DNA of 63,989 nucleotides, filler included, from Licmophora abbreviata (Eukaryota): assembly GCA_900291995.1 (NCBI GenBank). It is 9 parts of 9 records of this genome, joined end to end, with 100 filler letters (N's around TTAATTAATTAA, not from the genome) between each part and the next. Parts side by side here need not be neighbours in the genome. Positions count along the whole stretch, not along the records: positions 45,865 to 49,420 come from OLMU01000077.1; positions 49,521 to 60,920 come from OLMU01000078.1; 7 more parts are not named here. One strand, written 5' to 3'. Of this stretch, positions 45,907 to 58,096 are shown one piece after another (positions within the stretch are counted from its first letter, which is position 1; each line of letters starts with the position of its first letter). The notes beneath the pieces are model-generated. The model made no database searches. It was given only the letters and a program-made list of their open reading frames with translations, and had not been told where the DNA came from. The position numbers and the translations under genes were made by a program.

Positions 45907-48480
45907 ATGGCGTTCCGTGTTAACCCTTTTCGTAAGAAAAAGGCGAAGGAATCGAAAGAAGCGGTCCAAACGCCGGCTCCAGCGGTCAGTACAGAGCAGA
46001 GCGACTTCCTGCTTGTAGACGCAATGAACTGATTTGGAATGACTCCGTAGAATCCTACGTCACTTCTACTTTGATTTGGCATCGCCGCGGTGTCTCTTGG
46101 ATTGCGTGTTGTTGGCTCGGGTTTCCTGTCGTTTCGTTGTTAAGTTGCAGCTGTTGGCTCACTCTTTGCTCTCGCTTCCTCTGAACAGGCCCCTCCTCCA
46201 CCAGATGACAGCGCGCAGGAGGAGGAGAAGACAGCCGACGCGGTTGAGCGAGAAAAGATGATCAACATCCACAATCGAGTGAAGCCCAAGCGCGGACAGA
46301 ACGTTTTCGCCGAACCTCTGGATCTCACGGAGAACTTTATCACTCCCAGCTATCCAAAACCTGAAGCTGCTGTGAAGTTCATTGACGAAGCCCTAGCGGA
46401 TAACTTTATTTTCTCGAGTCTGTCCAAGGGAGAGCGTCGTCAGCTCATCGACGCCATGCAGTCGCAGGCAGTGCCTGCAGGAACTGTCATTATTCAGCAA
46501 GGAGAAGTCGGTGACTACTTTTACGTCGTGGAAGATGGTCACATTAGTTTCGCCGTCGATGGAAACCATGTCGGAGCCTGTACTCGGGGAGCCTCCTTCG
46601 GAGAACTCGCCCTGCTTTACAACTGCCCTCGTGCCGCAACGTGTCTCGCCAACACCGACTGCCGCCTTTGGAAGGTAGATCAACGAACGTTCCGTCACAT
46701 GTTGGCAAATAACACTGCGAACCAGCAAAAAGATATTCATGATACGCTTCGTAAAGTGCCCTTCCTTTCCGAGCTGGAAGACCGCGATCTCATCAAAGTC
46801 TCGGATGCTCTGACCACTGTGTCGTTTTCCAACGGCAATCGCATTATCAACAAGGGAGACGTGGGCGAAGTCTTTTACATTCTGCGGGAAGGTACCGTCA
46901 CGGTGCACGATATTGGATTCGGCGACAGTCAGTACATTGATCAGATATTGGGACCGGGAGATTGGTTTGGCGAGAGGGCGCTTTTGACCGGCGAACCGCG
47001 TGCTGCGAATGTTACGGCCACCAGTCAGTGCTCCACTTTGTGTCTTTCTCGTGACACGTTCGAGAAGACACTAGGTCCGCTTCAGGGATTGATTGACCAT
47101 GCCATGAAGAAACGTGTCTTGTTGGGAGTGCCGATCTTTGCCAATTCTCACTTTCAGCCATATGAAATGGCGAGGCTGACGGACTTGGTGACGGAAAGTA
47201 CCTACCAGAATGGTGAAGTGATTGCAGAGGAAGGCAAGGCTGCTCCGCAGAATCTTTATATTCTTCGTAAGGGCCGTATTGTTGTGGCAGATCAGAGTGG
47301 AAAGATCAACCAGCTTGTCGAGGGCGACTACTTTGGCGACAAGTTTCTCACAGACGCCGAAGCCTCCAAGAGCAAGCAGACCATCACAGCACAAGCAGAG
47401 ACGACGTGCGGTGTTCTTTCCAGGAAAGACATCGAAAGCGTAATCGGGGACGTCAAGCGGCTTGGCCGTCCACTTCCTCCAGTTTCGTCGTCGCTCAACC
47501 GCGACATCAAATTTACGGATCTCGTCAAGTTCCGCATCCTGGGCGTAGGAACCTTTGGAAAAGTGTGGCTGGTTAGCCACAAGAAGACGGGAACGCCCTA
47601 CGCTCTCAAGATGCTGAACAAGAGGGAAATTATTGGACATCACCAGGTGGAGGGCGTGATTCGCGAGAAGAATATCATGTCGTCCATCGATCATCCGTTC
47701 GTTGTCAACTTGGTTTCGACGCACCACGACGACCGCCACTTGTATATGCTGATCGAACTCGTCCAGGGCGGAGAGCTCTTCTCTGTTATTCACACGGAAA
47801 CACGGGACGGTATTCCCAACACAAACTCACGCTTCTACGCTGCTTGTATTCTCGAGTCGCTGAGTCACTTGCACCATCGAAGTATCTGCTACCGTGATCT
47901 CAAGCCCGAGAACATTCTGATCGACAACAAGGGTTACTGCGTTCTGGTCGATCTTGGCTTTGCCAAGATTGTCGTTGACAAGACCTACACTCTTTGCGGT
48001 ACTCCTGAATATCTGGCACCCGAGATTATTCTGTCGAAGGGTCACGACAAGGGAGTCGACTACTGGGCCTTTGGCGTTTTGATCTACGAAATGCTCGTCG
48101 GCCGCTCACCGTTCTACTCGTACGGAACGGATCAAGTCAGCCTGTTTAAGCGTATTGTACAGGTCAAGTATTCGTTCCCTCCTGGTGGCGCTGTCAGCGA
48201 CCAAGCTCAAGATTTGATCCAACGCCTTATTGTCCGGCGCCAAGCGAACCGATTCGGCTGCTTGGCTCGAGGAGACATGGACATCCGCGACCACTCTTGG
48301 TTCAATGTGATTGACGTTGACAAGCTGCTACACAAGAAGATCCCCGCTCCGTGGGTGCCAAGAATCAAAGATCCGCTCGACGCCTCGCACTTTGACTCCT
48401 ACCGGCATGTGGAGAACGAGCCACCGTCAAACAAGCCTGGGCTCTCGGCATCGCAACAGGCACTGTTCAAGGATTTTTAG
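45907..48480 (+). CDS. Cyclic-nucleotide-dependent protein kinase (3 cNMP-binding domains plus AGC kinase; PKG-like architecture)
   Basis: Probable exon 45907-45984 and intron to 46188. cNMP cassettes FGELALLYNCPRAAT, FGERALLTGEPRAAN and a degenerate YFGD. Kinase motifs GVGTFG, YRDLKPEN, TLCGTPEYLAPE. Confidence 0.9.
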
Positions 48481-48697
48481 GGAGATCGCGTCTCTAAAAT
48501 GTTGAGTTGGGAGCGTAAACTAATATAAAGTCTATGTTGCATCTGATGAATGTGGAAGTAAAATTACTTCGGCAGAGCTAGAGTTCGTCGCTGTGTGCGT
48601 TGCATTCGACGACAGCAGAATCGTTCCTTCGATGGATCACTTTGCGTTGGCTACAATACGTCACTCTTGTGCCTCTTTGTTCCGTACGGGTCGTAGT

Positions 48698-49402
48698 CTA
48701 GTAATGGCCCATGAAACTATCAATCACCAACGAGAACGCTGCAAACCCTCCACAGCCCATCGCTGCTGCTTGCGGTCCCTGCTTGGCTTGAAGAGCGGCA
48801 CCTGTAATGCATCCACTCATAACTGGATTCCATACATCATGCTTGCCTCGGTACTTTTCGACCAAACATTCCGATCCTCCAAAAACTCCCGTGATGAAGG
48901 CAAAATTTCGACACCAGTAAAGCGATTTCTCAGCGGTCGCACGCATGGTCACTTTCACCTGCTCTCTCAACGGTGGTTGTGGGACTTCTCTTCCGCCCAC
49001 CATCGTAACTGGAGGCGTCGCGTCCGACATGGCGCCCAAGAACACTCCCATCAAGAGGCCCATCACTCCGCCTCCGATCAAGCCAATGGCGGCCTTTCCG
49101 CCGCAGCTGTTACTGATCCATCCAAAGTCAGGTGGCAATTCCGCAGGTCCAGCTGTGGGAAACCATGGCTGAAAATAGGGTAAGGACTTGCGCGTCAATC
49201 TTCCCAAGCTCATCTCGTTTGATTCGTCTTTGAGGTGAACCGGTCGGTGAAGTGCACCTTCGGGAGAGTAGTGAGAAGAAGATGGGGCTGCTTGCGACAT
49301 GATCGTATCAAAGACGGATTGGCGAGGGAGCTTGGGAGCGACTTGCCGTCCGTCGCTGCCGAGAGGACGCTCCGTCCCGCTGTTGCCGTCGCTGCTGCTC
49401 AT
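48698..49402 (-). CDS. TIM22: Mitochondrial inner membrane translocase subunit Tim22
   Basis: NSCGGK..IG..GG.V.G...G, RNFAFITGVFGGSECLVEKYRGKHD, GPQAAAMGCGGFAAFS. Confidence 0.9.
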   Translation of the reverse strand: MSSSDGNSGTERPLGSDGRQVAPKLPRQSVFDTIMSQAAPSSSHYSPEGALHRPVHLKDESNEMSLGRLTRKSLPYFQPWFPTAGPAELPPDFGWISNSCGGKAAIGLIGGGVMGLLMGVFLGAMSDATPPVTMVGGREVPQPPLREQVKVTMRATAEKSLYWCRNFAFITGVFGGSECLVEKYRGKHDVWNPVMSGCITGAALQAKQGPQAAAMGCGGFAAFSLVIDSFMGHY

Positions 49403-49869
49403 GGTCGTCGCTGTGAAGTCNNNNNNNNNNNNNNNNNNNNNNNNNNNNNNNNNNNNNNNNNNNNTTAATTAATTAANNNNNNNNNNNNNNNNNNNNNNNN
49501 NNNNNNNNNNNNNNNNNNNNTCTCTGATGCATTCTGAACTCCTGCCGTCGATCACTCGAAGATTCCCTTTTCTCAGATTCTCTCTCAAACGTGTCTGATG
49601 AGAGCCATTCATTTCCACGATTGAGACCCGGAATTTCTTCGAAGCACGCCCGCCCGGACTCGGGCCACGTAGCCACAAGTACATCTCCCTAGAAATTCTA
49701 CGTAGCAATGACCGATTAGGACACAAAAAAGCGCGGGAAAGAAATCCATCGAAAACCACACCCGCACGCTTCTCACACAAAGCGGGCTTCTCACATCCTC
49801 ACAATCTAGAATCTTGTTGCAACCAGCAAGTAGACACACGAACGAAAGCACCAAAGAAACTGAAACAAC

Positions 49870-51271
49870 ATGAGCGGTACGTGACGGCAGGGGGAACGTT
49901 CTGTTGAGATGAGCTGCGTTGCGTTGTGCGATGGAGTGCCTTTGCTGCCGGTGGCGTCGTCTGGTCGTGTTGTTTGTTTGTCATTCATGTTTCATCGGAG
50001 AACCGAGCTAACCACTGTTTGTCCTCTCTAAATTCTTTGCGACCACAGCTGTTACTGGAGAATCTGTCGGAATTGATCTTGGTACCACCTACTCCTGCGT
50101 TGGAGTGTGGCAGAACGATCGAGTCGAGATCATCGCCAATGATCAAGGAAACCGCACTACTCCGTCCTACGTGGCCTTCACCGAGACGGAGCGCCTCATC
50201 GGAGATGCTGCCAAGTCGCAGGCTGCCATGAATGCCACCAACACGGTCTTCGACGCCAAGCGCCTCATCGGACGCAAGTTCACCGACCCCGGTGTTCAGT
50301 CGGACATGAAACACTGGCCTTTCACTGTCAAGCCTGGAGTTGGCGGAACCCCCGTCATTGAAGTGCAGTACAAGGGTGAGGCTAAGGAGTTCAAGGCTGA
50401 AGAAATTTCATCAATGGTTCTCGGAAAGATGCGCGAGATCGCCGAGGCTTACTTGGGCAAGGAGGTCAAGAATGCCGTGGTTACGGTTCCCGCCTACTTC
50501 AACGACTCGCAGCGTCAGGCCACCAAGGATGCTGGATCCATCTCGGGACTCAACGTTCTTCGTATCATCAACGAGCCCACAGCGGCTGCCATCGCTTACG
50601 GTCTCGACAAGAAGGGAGACGAAAAGAATGTTCTCATCTTCGACCTTGGTGGAGGTACTTTCGATGTGTCTCTCCTGACCATCGAGGAGGGAATCTTCGA
50701 GGTCAAGGCCACGGCCGGTGACACCCATTTGGGCGGAGAAGATTTCGACAACCGCATGGTTGACTACTTCCTTCAAGACTTCAAGCGTCGCCACCGCAAG
50801 GACATGTCAGACAACAACCGCGCCCTTCGTCGTCTTCGTACGGCTTGCGAACGTGCCAAGCGAACTCTGTCGTCTTCTACGCAAGCGCACATTGAGATTG
50901 ACTCCCTCTACGATGGTATCGATTTCAACTCCACTATTACTCGTGCTCGTTTCGAGGACTTGTGTATGGACTACTTCAAGAAGTGCATGGAGCCGTGCGA
51001 GAAGGTCCTCCGTGACGCCAAGATCGCCAAGAATGCCGTCGACGAGGTTGTCTTGGTCGGTGGATCTACCCGTATCCCCAAGGTCCAGAATATGCTTGCC
51101 GAGTTCTTCAACGGCAAGGAGCCTTGCAAGTCCATCAACCCCGATGAGGCTGTCGCCTACGGTGCCACCGTTCAGGCCGCCATTCTGTCGGGTGCTGACA
51201 AGTCGGAGAAGCTCTCGGAGCTCTTGTTGCTTGACGTCACTCCCCTCTCGCTCGGTCTCGAGACTGCCGGT

Positions 51272-51306
<35 letters not shown>

Positions 51307-52009
51307 TGTTCCCGCCAAGAAGACGCAGACCTTCTCCACCTACGCAGACAACCAGCCCGGTGTGCTCATCCAGGTCTTTGAGGGCGAGCGTTCCATGACC
51401 CGCGACAACAACTTGCTCGGAAAGTTCAACTTGGACGGCATCCCACCCATGCCTCGCGGTCAGCCCCAGATTGACGTTACTTTCGACATTGATGCCAACG
51501 GAATCTTGAACGTTTCTGCCATTGAGAAGAGTACCGGAAAGGAGAACAAGATCACCATTACTAACGACAAGGGTCGCCTATCTCAAGATGAGATTGAGCG
51601 CATGGTCCAGGAGGCCGAACAGTACAAGGCCGAAGACGACGCTAACAAGAACCGTGTCGAGGCCAAGAATGGACTCGAGAATTACTGTTACAGCCTTAAG
51701 TCTTCCATCAGCTCGGACGAGGTGAAAGACAAGATCCCCGAAGACGACAAGAAGGCGCTTGAGGATGCCATCGAAGACGCTATCAAGTGGCTTGATGCCA
51801 ACGCTGCCGCCGAGAAGGAGGAGTACGAAGAGAAGCAAAAGGCCCTCGAGGGAATTGCGATGCCCATTCTTCAGAAGATGGCTGGCGGTGCTGGCGCGGA
51901 AGGCATGCCTGGTGCTGGCGGTATGCCCGACATGGGCGCTGGCGGTATGGGTGGCGCTCCGCCGGAGGCTGATCCTGCATCGGGCCCCACGATTGAGGAG
52001 ATTGACTAA
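49870..52009 (+). CDS. HSP70: Cytosolic heat shock protein 70
   Basis: Micro-exon 49870-49876 and intron 49877-50048. [37 protein letters not shown] and C-terminal GPTIEEID. Confidence 0.98.
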
Positions 52010-52134
52010 GCGGTTTGTCCAGTACTTTCTTATCCATAACCTTCTAGTGCCATGGTCGCTTTAGTAGAACTGAAAAACAAGCTAGTAGCTTCTGTATTTC
52101 TAAGTTACAGTGATCGTGTAAGTCGCAATCCAAT

Positions 52135-55100
52135 TTAGGACGATCCCATGCTAGCTGTCGACTCTCGATGTGTCACGGAAATGCTTAGATCGGAGAACAT
52201 TGGCGACACGTCGTCCACAACCTTGAAGAGACGAGGAATATTACATGGCTTGCTCTCCATTACATCCAGCCCCGCCTCTTTGAACTTCATGAGCTCTTCC
52301 TTCTCAAAATCGTCCACGTACGCCGCAGTCAATGCACAGATCGGCTGACGAGCCCCGGGTCGCATTTGGTCCTCCCACTCTCGAAGCTTTTTGGTAGCTT
52401 CAAAGCCATTCATGACGGGCATATCAATGTCCATGAAGGCGATATCATAGATCGATTGCTTGAGCTTCTGGACTCCCTCGACGCCGTTTTCTGCAGTATC
52501 GACAATGAAGTTAGCATTTTCGAATGCACGCGAAACGAGTTTTCTTGTAACCTTACTGTCGTCAACCACGAGGACCTTGCGGCGAAGTCCTCCTTGTCGC
52601 CATCCGTCAAAACCGCTGTTCATGCAGTGATACCGCAGCTGACGAAGAATCGTAAGTGACGCCTCGGCATACTGAGTCAGAATGATGTCTTGCTGCGCGG
52701 GATCGTCTTCGTAGTCGATCATTTCCTTAGCTGTATCCTTCAACTCGTCGAGTTTGTATTCAAACACTGGGAACATGGCGATCCGAGATTTCGGAGCCCC
52801 ACTCTTGCGCTCCGACTGGGAGCTGTTGCTTCTATTGGACTCGGAGCGAGTCAAGCTCAGTCGAGATACCGTTGAGACGGAACTGTGCGACGTCTTCGAG
52901 GCCGCTCGAGACATCGAAGCACCGTGTTGCTGTTCGTCTCGACGATGCTCATTATACAGATAAACCAGGCCGCTCGAGTAGATTCGGCGTCTCTTCTGTG
53001 AAGAAGCCATATCCATGTCACACTCAGGGACACTTCTTGCCGGAAGACTGCTACGTAGGCTGGATGCCTCCATTGAACCATACGATCCAATAGGAACCGG
53101 CGTTGGTGAGCGGTCCTCCAGTGTATCCTTGACAGGCATTCGATCTCCGCACAGGCCCCGCAGGGTTGCCCAAGGGCTTGTTAGCTGTCCTGTGCTACCG
53201 AGAGCATCAAGATCCATCCCGATGGTAGTCTTGTCATTACTCCTGAAAACTGGAATTATTTCTCGAATCTCATCAGCGACTTCGCTGTCGAGCGCAGCTA
53301 GCAAGTCACCACGAAGCTTAAGATTGATGTACCCATCACTTCCTCTGTCTCCATCACCGCCATCCAAATCGTAGAAATACTTTCGTAGTGATGTTAGCTC
53401 GTCCTCATCAAAAGGGATTCTACTCAGCCAGCCAAGCATGCGCAGGTAAGCGTTCTGTGAAGGTGTGCCTTGTACGTCGTTGATACTTGACACAAAGTCG
53501 GGAGTGAGATACTGCTGTTCTGTTTCCATGCCCTCTGGACCACTCCTTCCCTGTGCCTTCGCGGCGCGATTACTCTCCATCCACTGTAAAATTGTCTTCA
53601 TCTGCTCGTCTCGTCGAATGCGGAAGCATTCTTCGTTGCTCAAATTTTGTGCATATGCTTCAAGAGCGCCTATGGCAACCATGGGAGGACCAGCTTCAAA
53701 CCCCGACACTCGTTTCATGGGAACCCATCGATTCGAAATGATACCAGCGACGATGTGACACTGGGCCGCCTGGCTGAGGCAGCAGTTGAACAATTCGAGT
53801 TCTTCAAGTCGAGGGTGCTGCGATAGCATGAAGCTCATTGCCGTGGCGCCGGAAATCTTCATGATATTTCCGGAGAGACCGAGGAAAGTGATAGATTCGC
53901 ATCCAACTAGGGAGCGCATTAGCGTATTGACACCGCGGCTGCCAATCTGGTTGAAACTCAAATTGAGTCGAGACAACTGGTGCATACTTTGGAGAGAGGC
54001 GGCAACCAACTGACAACCCTGGTCGCCGATTGAGTTCTTGTCGAGTGATAGGCTTATCAGATTGTGCTGAAGTAACTTGTTCATCATCGTTTCGATCCCT
54101 CCTGGTCCTATTTCGTTCGAGGAAAGTCGTAGCTCAACCAGTTGTACCTTTGCCCGCTTTGCGATCGCGCGTGTCAGTTTCGTAGTTCCTTCGTTACCGA
54201 GCTCGTTATTTGATAGATCAAGTCGATCAAGCTTTGGCATGACGACAACATTCTTCGCCATGCGTTTCCCTTCCAGAAAGTCAACGAGAAGCGTAGCGCC
54301 CGACGGTCCAATGGCATTGGAGTGAAGATTGAGTTCGCGAACTGGGCAGTCCGGTCCGAGACAAGTCAGAAACTGAGCGAGAGCCTCAGAGCTAAGCGAC
54401 GCTGAAGCGATATGAAGTAGCTGGAGTCCAGGGCCCATCCGTAACATCGGCGATCCCGGGGGATCAATGGGTTCGTCATGATCGTCATCGTCCAGTTCTT
54501 CTGAGGAAGAATCTTCTTCGTAACCGGTTGAGCGGACCTTACTGGGGGTACCTTTTCTCCATCTGCGCTCCTTCGTCCGAACTTCCAATGAGGAAGACAA
54601 AGCTGACCCGATCTCTTTCGCAGACCGATACGAAATGCAGTTCCCCGACAGTATCAGACCTTCGATCGCTGGTATTCGTTTCCGCTTCCTGGTGGATACT
54701 GCACGGGCAAGGGCGAGCATTCCTCGCTCATCAAGTGCGCAAAAACTTAAATCGAGAGAGCGTAGGGGTGAGCCCTCGGCGTGCAAAAAATCCGAGAGTA
54801 ACTCCATCCCCCGGCTCCCCATATACGAGCAGGAGAAGCTGATTACCGAAATATTTGCGAAGGGCAATGAAATATTGTCGGGAATGGTGGTGGTATCTGA
54901 CAATGATCGACTTAGCATTGCATCCAAGCTTGATCCGGCCGAATTGCTTAGCATTGCATCCAAGCTTGATCCGGCCGAATTGATCGATGTGTACACAAGC
55001 GATCTCAGCTCGTCAGGTCGTATTCGGCCTGTCAGAACTAGAGACACCATTCTTACTTCTGTCTCCGATAAACGAATCATTCCCATGTCTAAACGTACTC

Positions 55101-56194
55101 CTGAGCGGACCGACTTCAAGACTCCGAGCGGGTCGAACGATTCACTACCTTTGCTTTCGGTTTCTGAAATTCCATGATGTAGCTTCGGCCGCTTCCCTTG
55201 ACCGGACGGAGACGATGCACCAAGCTGTCCCTGTAGCATCTCAGTGCGCATTTCGTCGTCGTCCATACCATGCGACCGGAGTTGACCACTAATACCTGAA
55301 GAATCTAGCGAAGGCATACTGCTTACTGCTTGCTCAGCGGTGAGACGTCCAGCCTCGACAGCCTGCACAAGAATCGCCGCTATTCTCGTCATTCGACTAA
55401 TTTCCGCCGCACGTGCTTCATTTTCTACTCGCTTCTCCAAAAGTATAATCCCAGGCACGGGTTGATCGATTATGGACGTTACAGTCGTGGTGAGCCATAT
55501 CCAGTCATCTTCAAGCGTCCGCCGGCGGATGTATGCAGCAACATCGGGTCGTCCACTATCCCAAAAGTAGGTCTTGATGGCTAAGAGACCCGGCAAGTCT
55601 TCGTCGTAAACTGAATCGAAACTGTAAGTGAAAGGATTGTGTGAGCATGTTGTAAGTGCGTCGACATTTATTCCGATTGCATGTGTCATCGGAAACGATG
55701 CAAGTTTGTACGTACGCAGAGGTCATGAGCAAGTTGTCGGGAGGGATTCCCGTAACAGTCTCCGTCGCACCAAGAATCATGCCTTAAACCAAATTAAAGC
55801 AACCAAAAGAAAATTAGGCCCAAAATCAAAGAAATAGAGACACATTGGTCATGCATAACGAATGAAGCTTACCGTTTTGAGCAATGGTTAGATAATGTTC
55901 TTGTGGCCTCGATGCGATGACAACAGCGGCGGCGAGTTGTTGCTGATGTTGCTCCCGCGCGGCCATGAGACGTAGCATTTCTTCGATGTCTCTATTGCCC
56001 CCCTCTTGTTCCAAAGCTTCTTCCAAAACCTGTTGTGGGATCGCAGATTGCCCCCCTGCCATGTGCTGTTGTAGCAAAGACATCATGTTAGCCTCGGAAG
56101 GTTCGTCCAATCCGGAAGGTCCTTGTTGTGGCTGCGATTGATCGCTTGCTTCTCGTAGGGCAGCCTCCGCCGCGGCTTGCGCTGCGGCCATCAT
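52135..56194 (-). CDS. PAS - leucine-rich repeat - response-regulator receiver protein
   Basis: Spliced exons about 56194-55872, 55782-55715 and 55622-52135; further 5' exons up to ATG 56569 are possible. RNI-type LRRs (LDLSNNELG, LSLDKNSIGDQGC) and a C-terminal REC domain (VLVVDD, FMDIDMPVMNG, ALTA, SKP). Confidence 0.8.
54911..54982. repeat. Perfect 36-bp tandem duplication (in-frame, NSAGSSLDAMLS x2)
   Basis: cttagcattgcatccaagcttgatccggccgaattg occurs at 54911-54946 and 54947-54982. Confidence 0.95.
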
Positions 56195-56705
56195 CTTGAC
56201 GAGGGTATCTGCTTCTGCTGTTAATTGAGATAGAAAATTATATCATCAACGGGGTCAAGGCCATATGCCATCAATCTTGGGTGGTATCGCTCTACGATGA
56301 ACTTGAAGGCTAGACGAGATGACGAGACATTGTTCGGTGAAAGCGCTCGGAATTGATGTGGACTCGAAACAAGCACGGTCCCTACAGAGCTTGGTATGCG
56401 TGTTATGCGCCTGTAAAGTGATGACGCATTTGACATAAGTTATTAGAATAGTCGCGATTCTCGTGTCATTCGTGTTTCCCCATTGCGACACCAGATTCAA
56501 TTGCGTCCTGCCCGAACTCAGAATGGCCTGGACGTGAGGCAAGTCGCCATCAATGTCTTCCTCATTCATAAAAATACCAACGAAACAGGAAGCCGATAGA
56601 CTACTAGCTAGTTCGTATATACAGTCAGAATAAACTCGCAGTATATACTATCCTTACACAACGTCCCGACGAAATAAATCGAGATTGGAAACACTCCTGA
56701 TTCAG

Positions 56706-57684
56706 TTATGTGTCCTTCTTGGACGTCGCCGTTCTAGAAAAGGTCAACTCCATCTCCTCTCCATCGTCATCACCGTCGCCGTCCAAGAGACCCCTTTGCT
56801 CCTGAGCCGCCATAGCTTGCGTATTGGTAGCCAGACCACCGCCGCTGCTTCCACCGGCGCCGCGGTTCTGGTTGAATTGCGCCGCCATGATCTGCAACCT
56901 CTTCCGTGCGTTCTCTCCCAGTTCTAAGGACGGAAGGACGGCGAGAGGAGAAATGAGTATACGTCGGCCGTCACCTCGCATAAAATGGCACAACCCTAGG
57001 CCTAAAGTTCCAAGTACCTGATATCTTTTCCATGATTTTCGGACCCTCCTCCGCTCCTCCGCGCCCGGACGCTGTACGACGCGGCATTTCGCTCACTCGG
57101 CTACCACCACCTCCGCGAGCGCTATTGCCGCCTCGAACCGGGCGACCGCCGATCATGCGAGGTCTATTGGCGCCGCGTGCCAAGTGGGCGAATTCTGGAT
57201 TGTTCGCAAGCTCTTGCGAAAACAATTCATCTTGCAGCATGCGTGCCAAGGCTTCATCTTCATCCATGGTGGAGGCGGCCGTCGTAGTAGTAGTAGACCT
57301 AGTCGATGCACCGGGAATGCGCAAAAAGTCTCGAGGAAGCGTCGTAAAAGTACCGCGACCCTTGGGTGGTGGTGGCGGTGGAGCTGCAACGACTTGTCGC
57401 GCAGACGTCGTGGGTGCACCAGACGCACGACCACCGCGTCTTCCTTGTTCCGCCTGAGCCAGTTGTCGGGCGAGCGCTGCGTCCTGGGAGGTGACAGCGT
57501 CTTCGACCTTTAACTGCTCAATGAGCGCTCTGGGATCAGCGTCTCCATGCGCCAAGAGGGTGTTGACGGTATTTTCCATGTGCCCATTGTGATGGCGCAG
57601 CACGGCATCCAAGTCTTGCTTGGTCCAGGGTTCGCCAAACATATTCACGAGCGTATCGAGGGCTTCTTCGTACGTTAACGGCAT
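56706..57684 (-). CDS. CUE-domain ubiquitin-binding protein (CUEDC1-like)
   Basis: N-terminal ALDTLVNMF...LDAVLRHHNGHMENTVNTLL CUE domain and the DEDEALARMLQDE motif. Intron 56924-57017. Confidence 0.8.
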
Positions 57685-58096
57685 GATTTCTTTCCAACAG
57701 ATGAAGATAAAGAGAATATCGCTATAGAGCTGGGGCACTGTATGTCAAAAAGACGAACGAGTTTCAGGAACAGCCACAAGAGATTAACATGGCGACGCTG
57801 CGTGAACCAGCATCGATCATCTCCATCCGCACGATCGATGGAACGACGAACACAAAAAGTTGACGCACGGTGAAAGATATCGCCCATTCAGTCGAATGAG
57901 TCAATCGAATCTTTGAACAGGAATCGGGAATCGCTTTGAGGAACCCAACGCATAGCCACGAATCTTTGGCGCGCGCTTTTTTTGGGTCCTCTGCAACGAA
58001 GCTCTCGACGCCATCATGGCCACAAAACGAATAGAGTGAAGTTCCACTGTGCGAAGCGACGACGGCAACAGTCTGACGAACCTTTCTCGAACCACC

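Noticed and set aside
49521..49900. Heat-shock elements upstream of HSP70
   Set aside because: Only two-unit GAAnnTTC matches (cGAAgaTTCc; gGAAcgTTCt in the intron). No clear three-unit HSE, so not called.
49877..50048. Intronic snoRNA (U14-like) in the HSP70 intron; the eIF5A intron was also considered
   Set aside because: No convincing paired C/D boxes or rRNA-complementary guide recognisable by eye.
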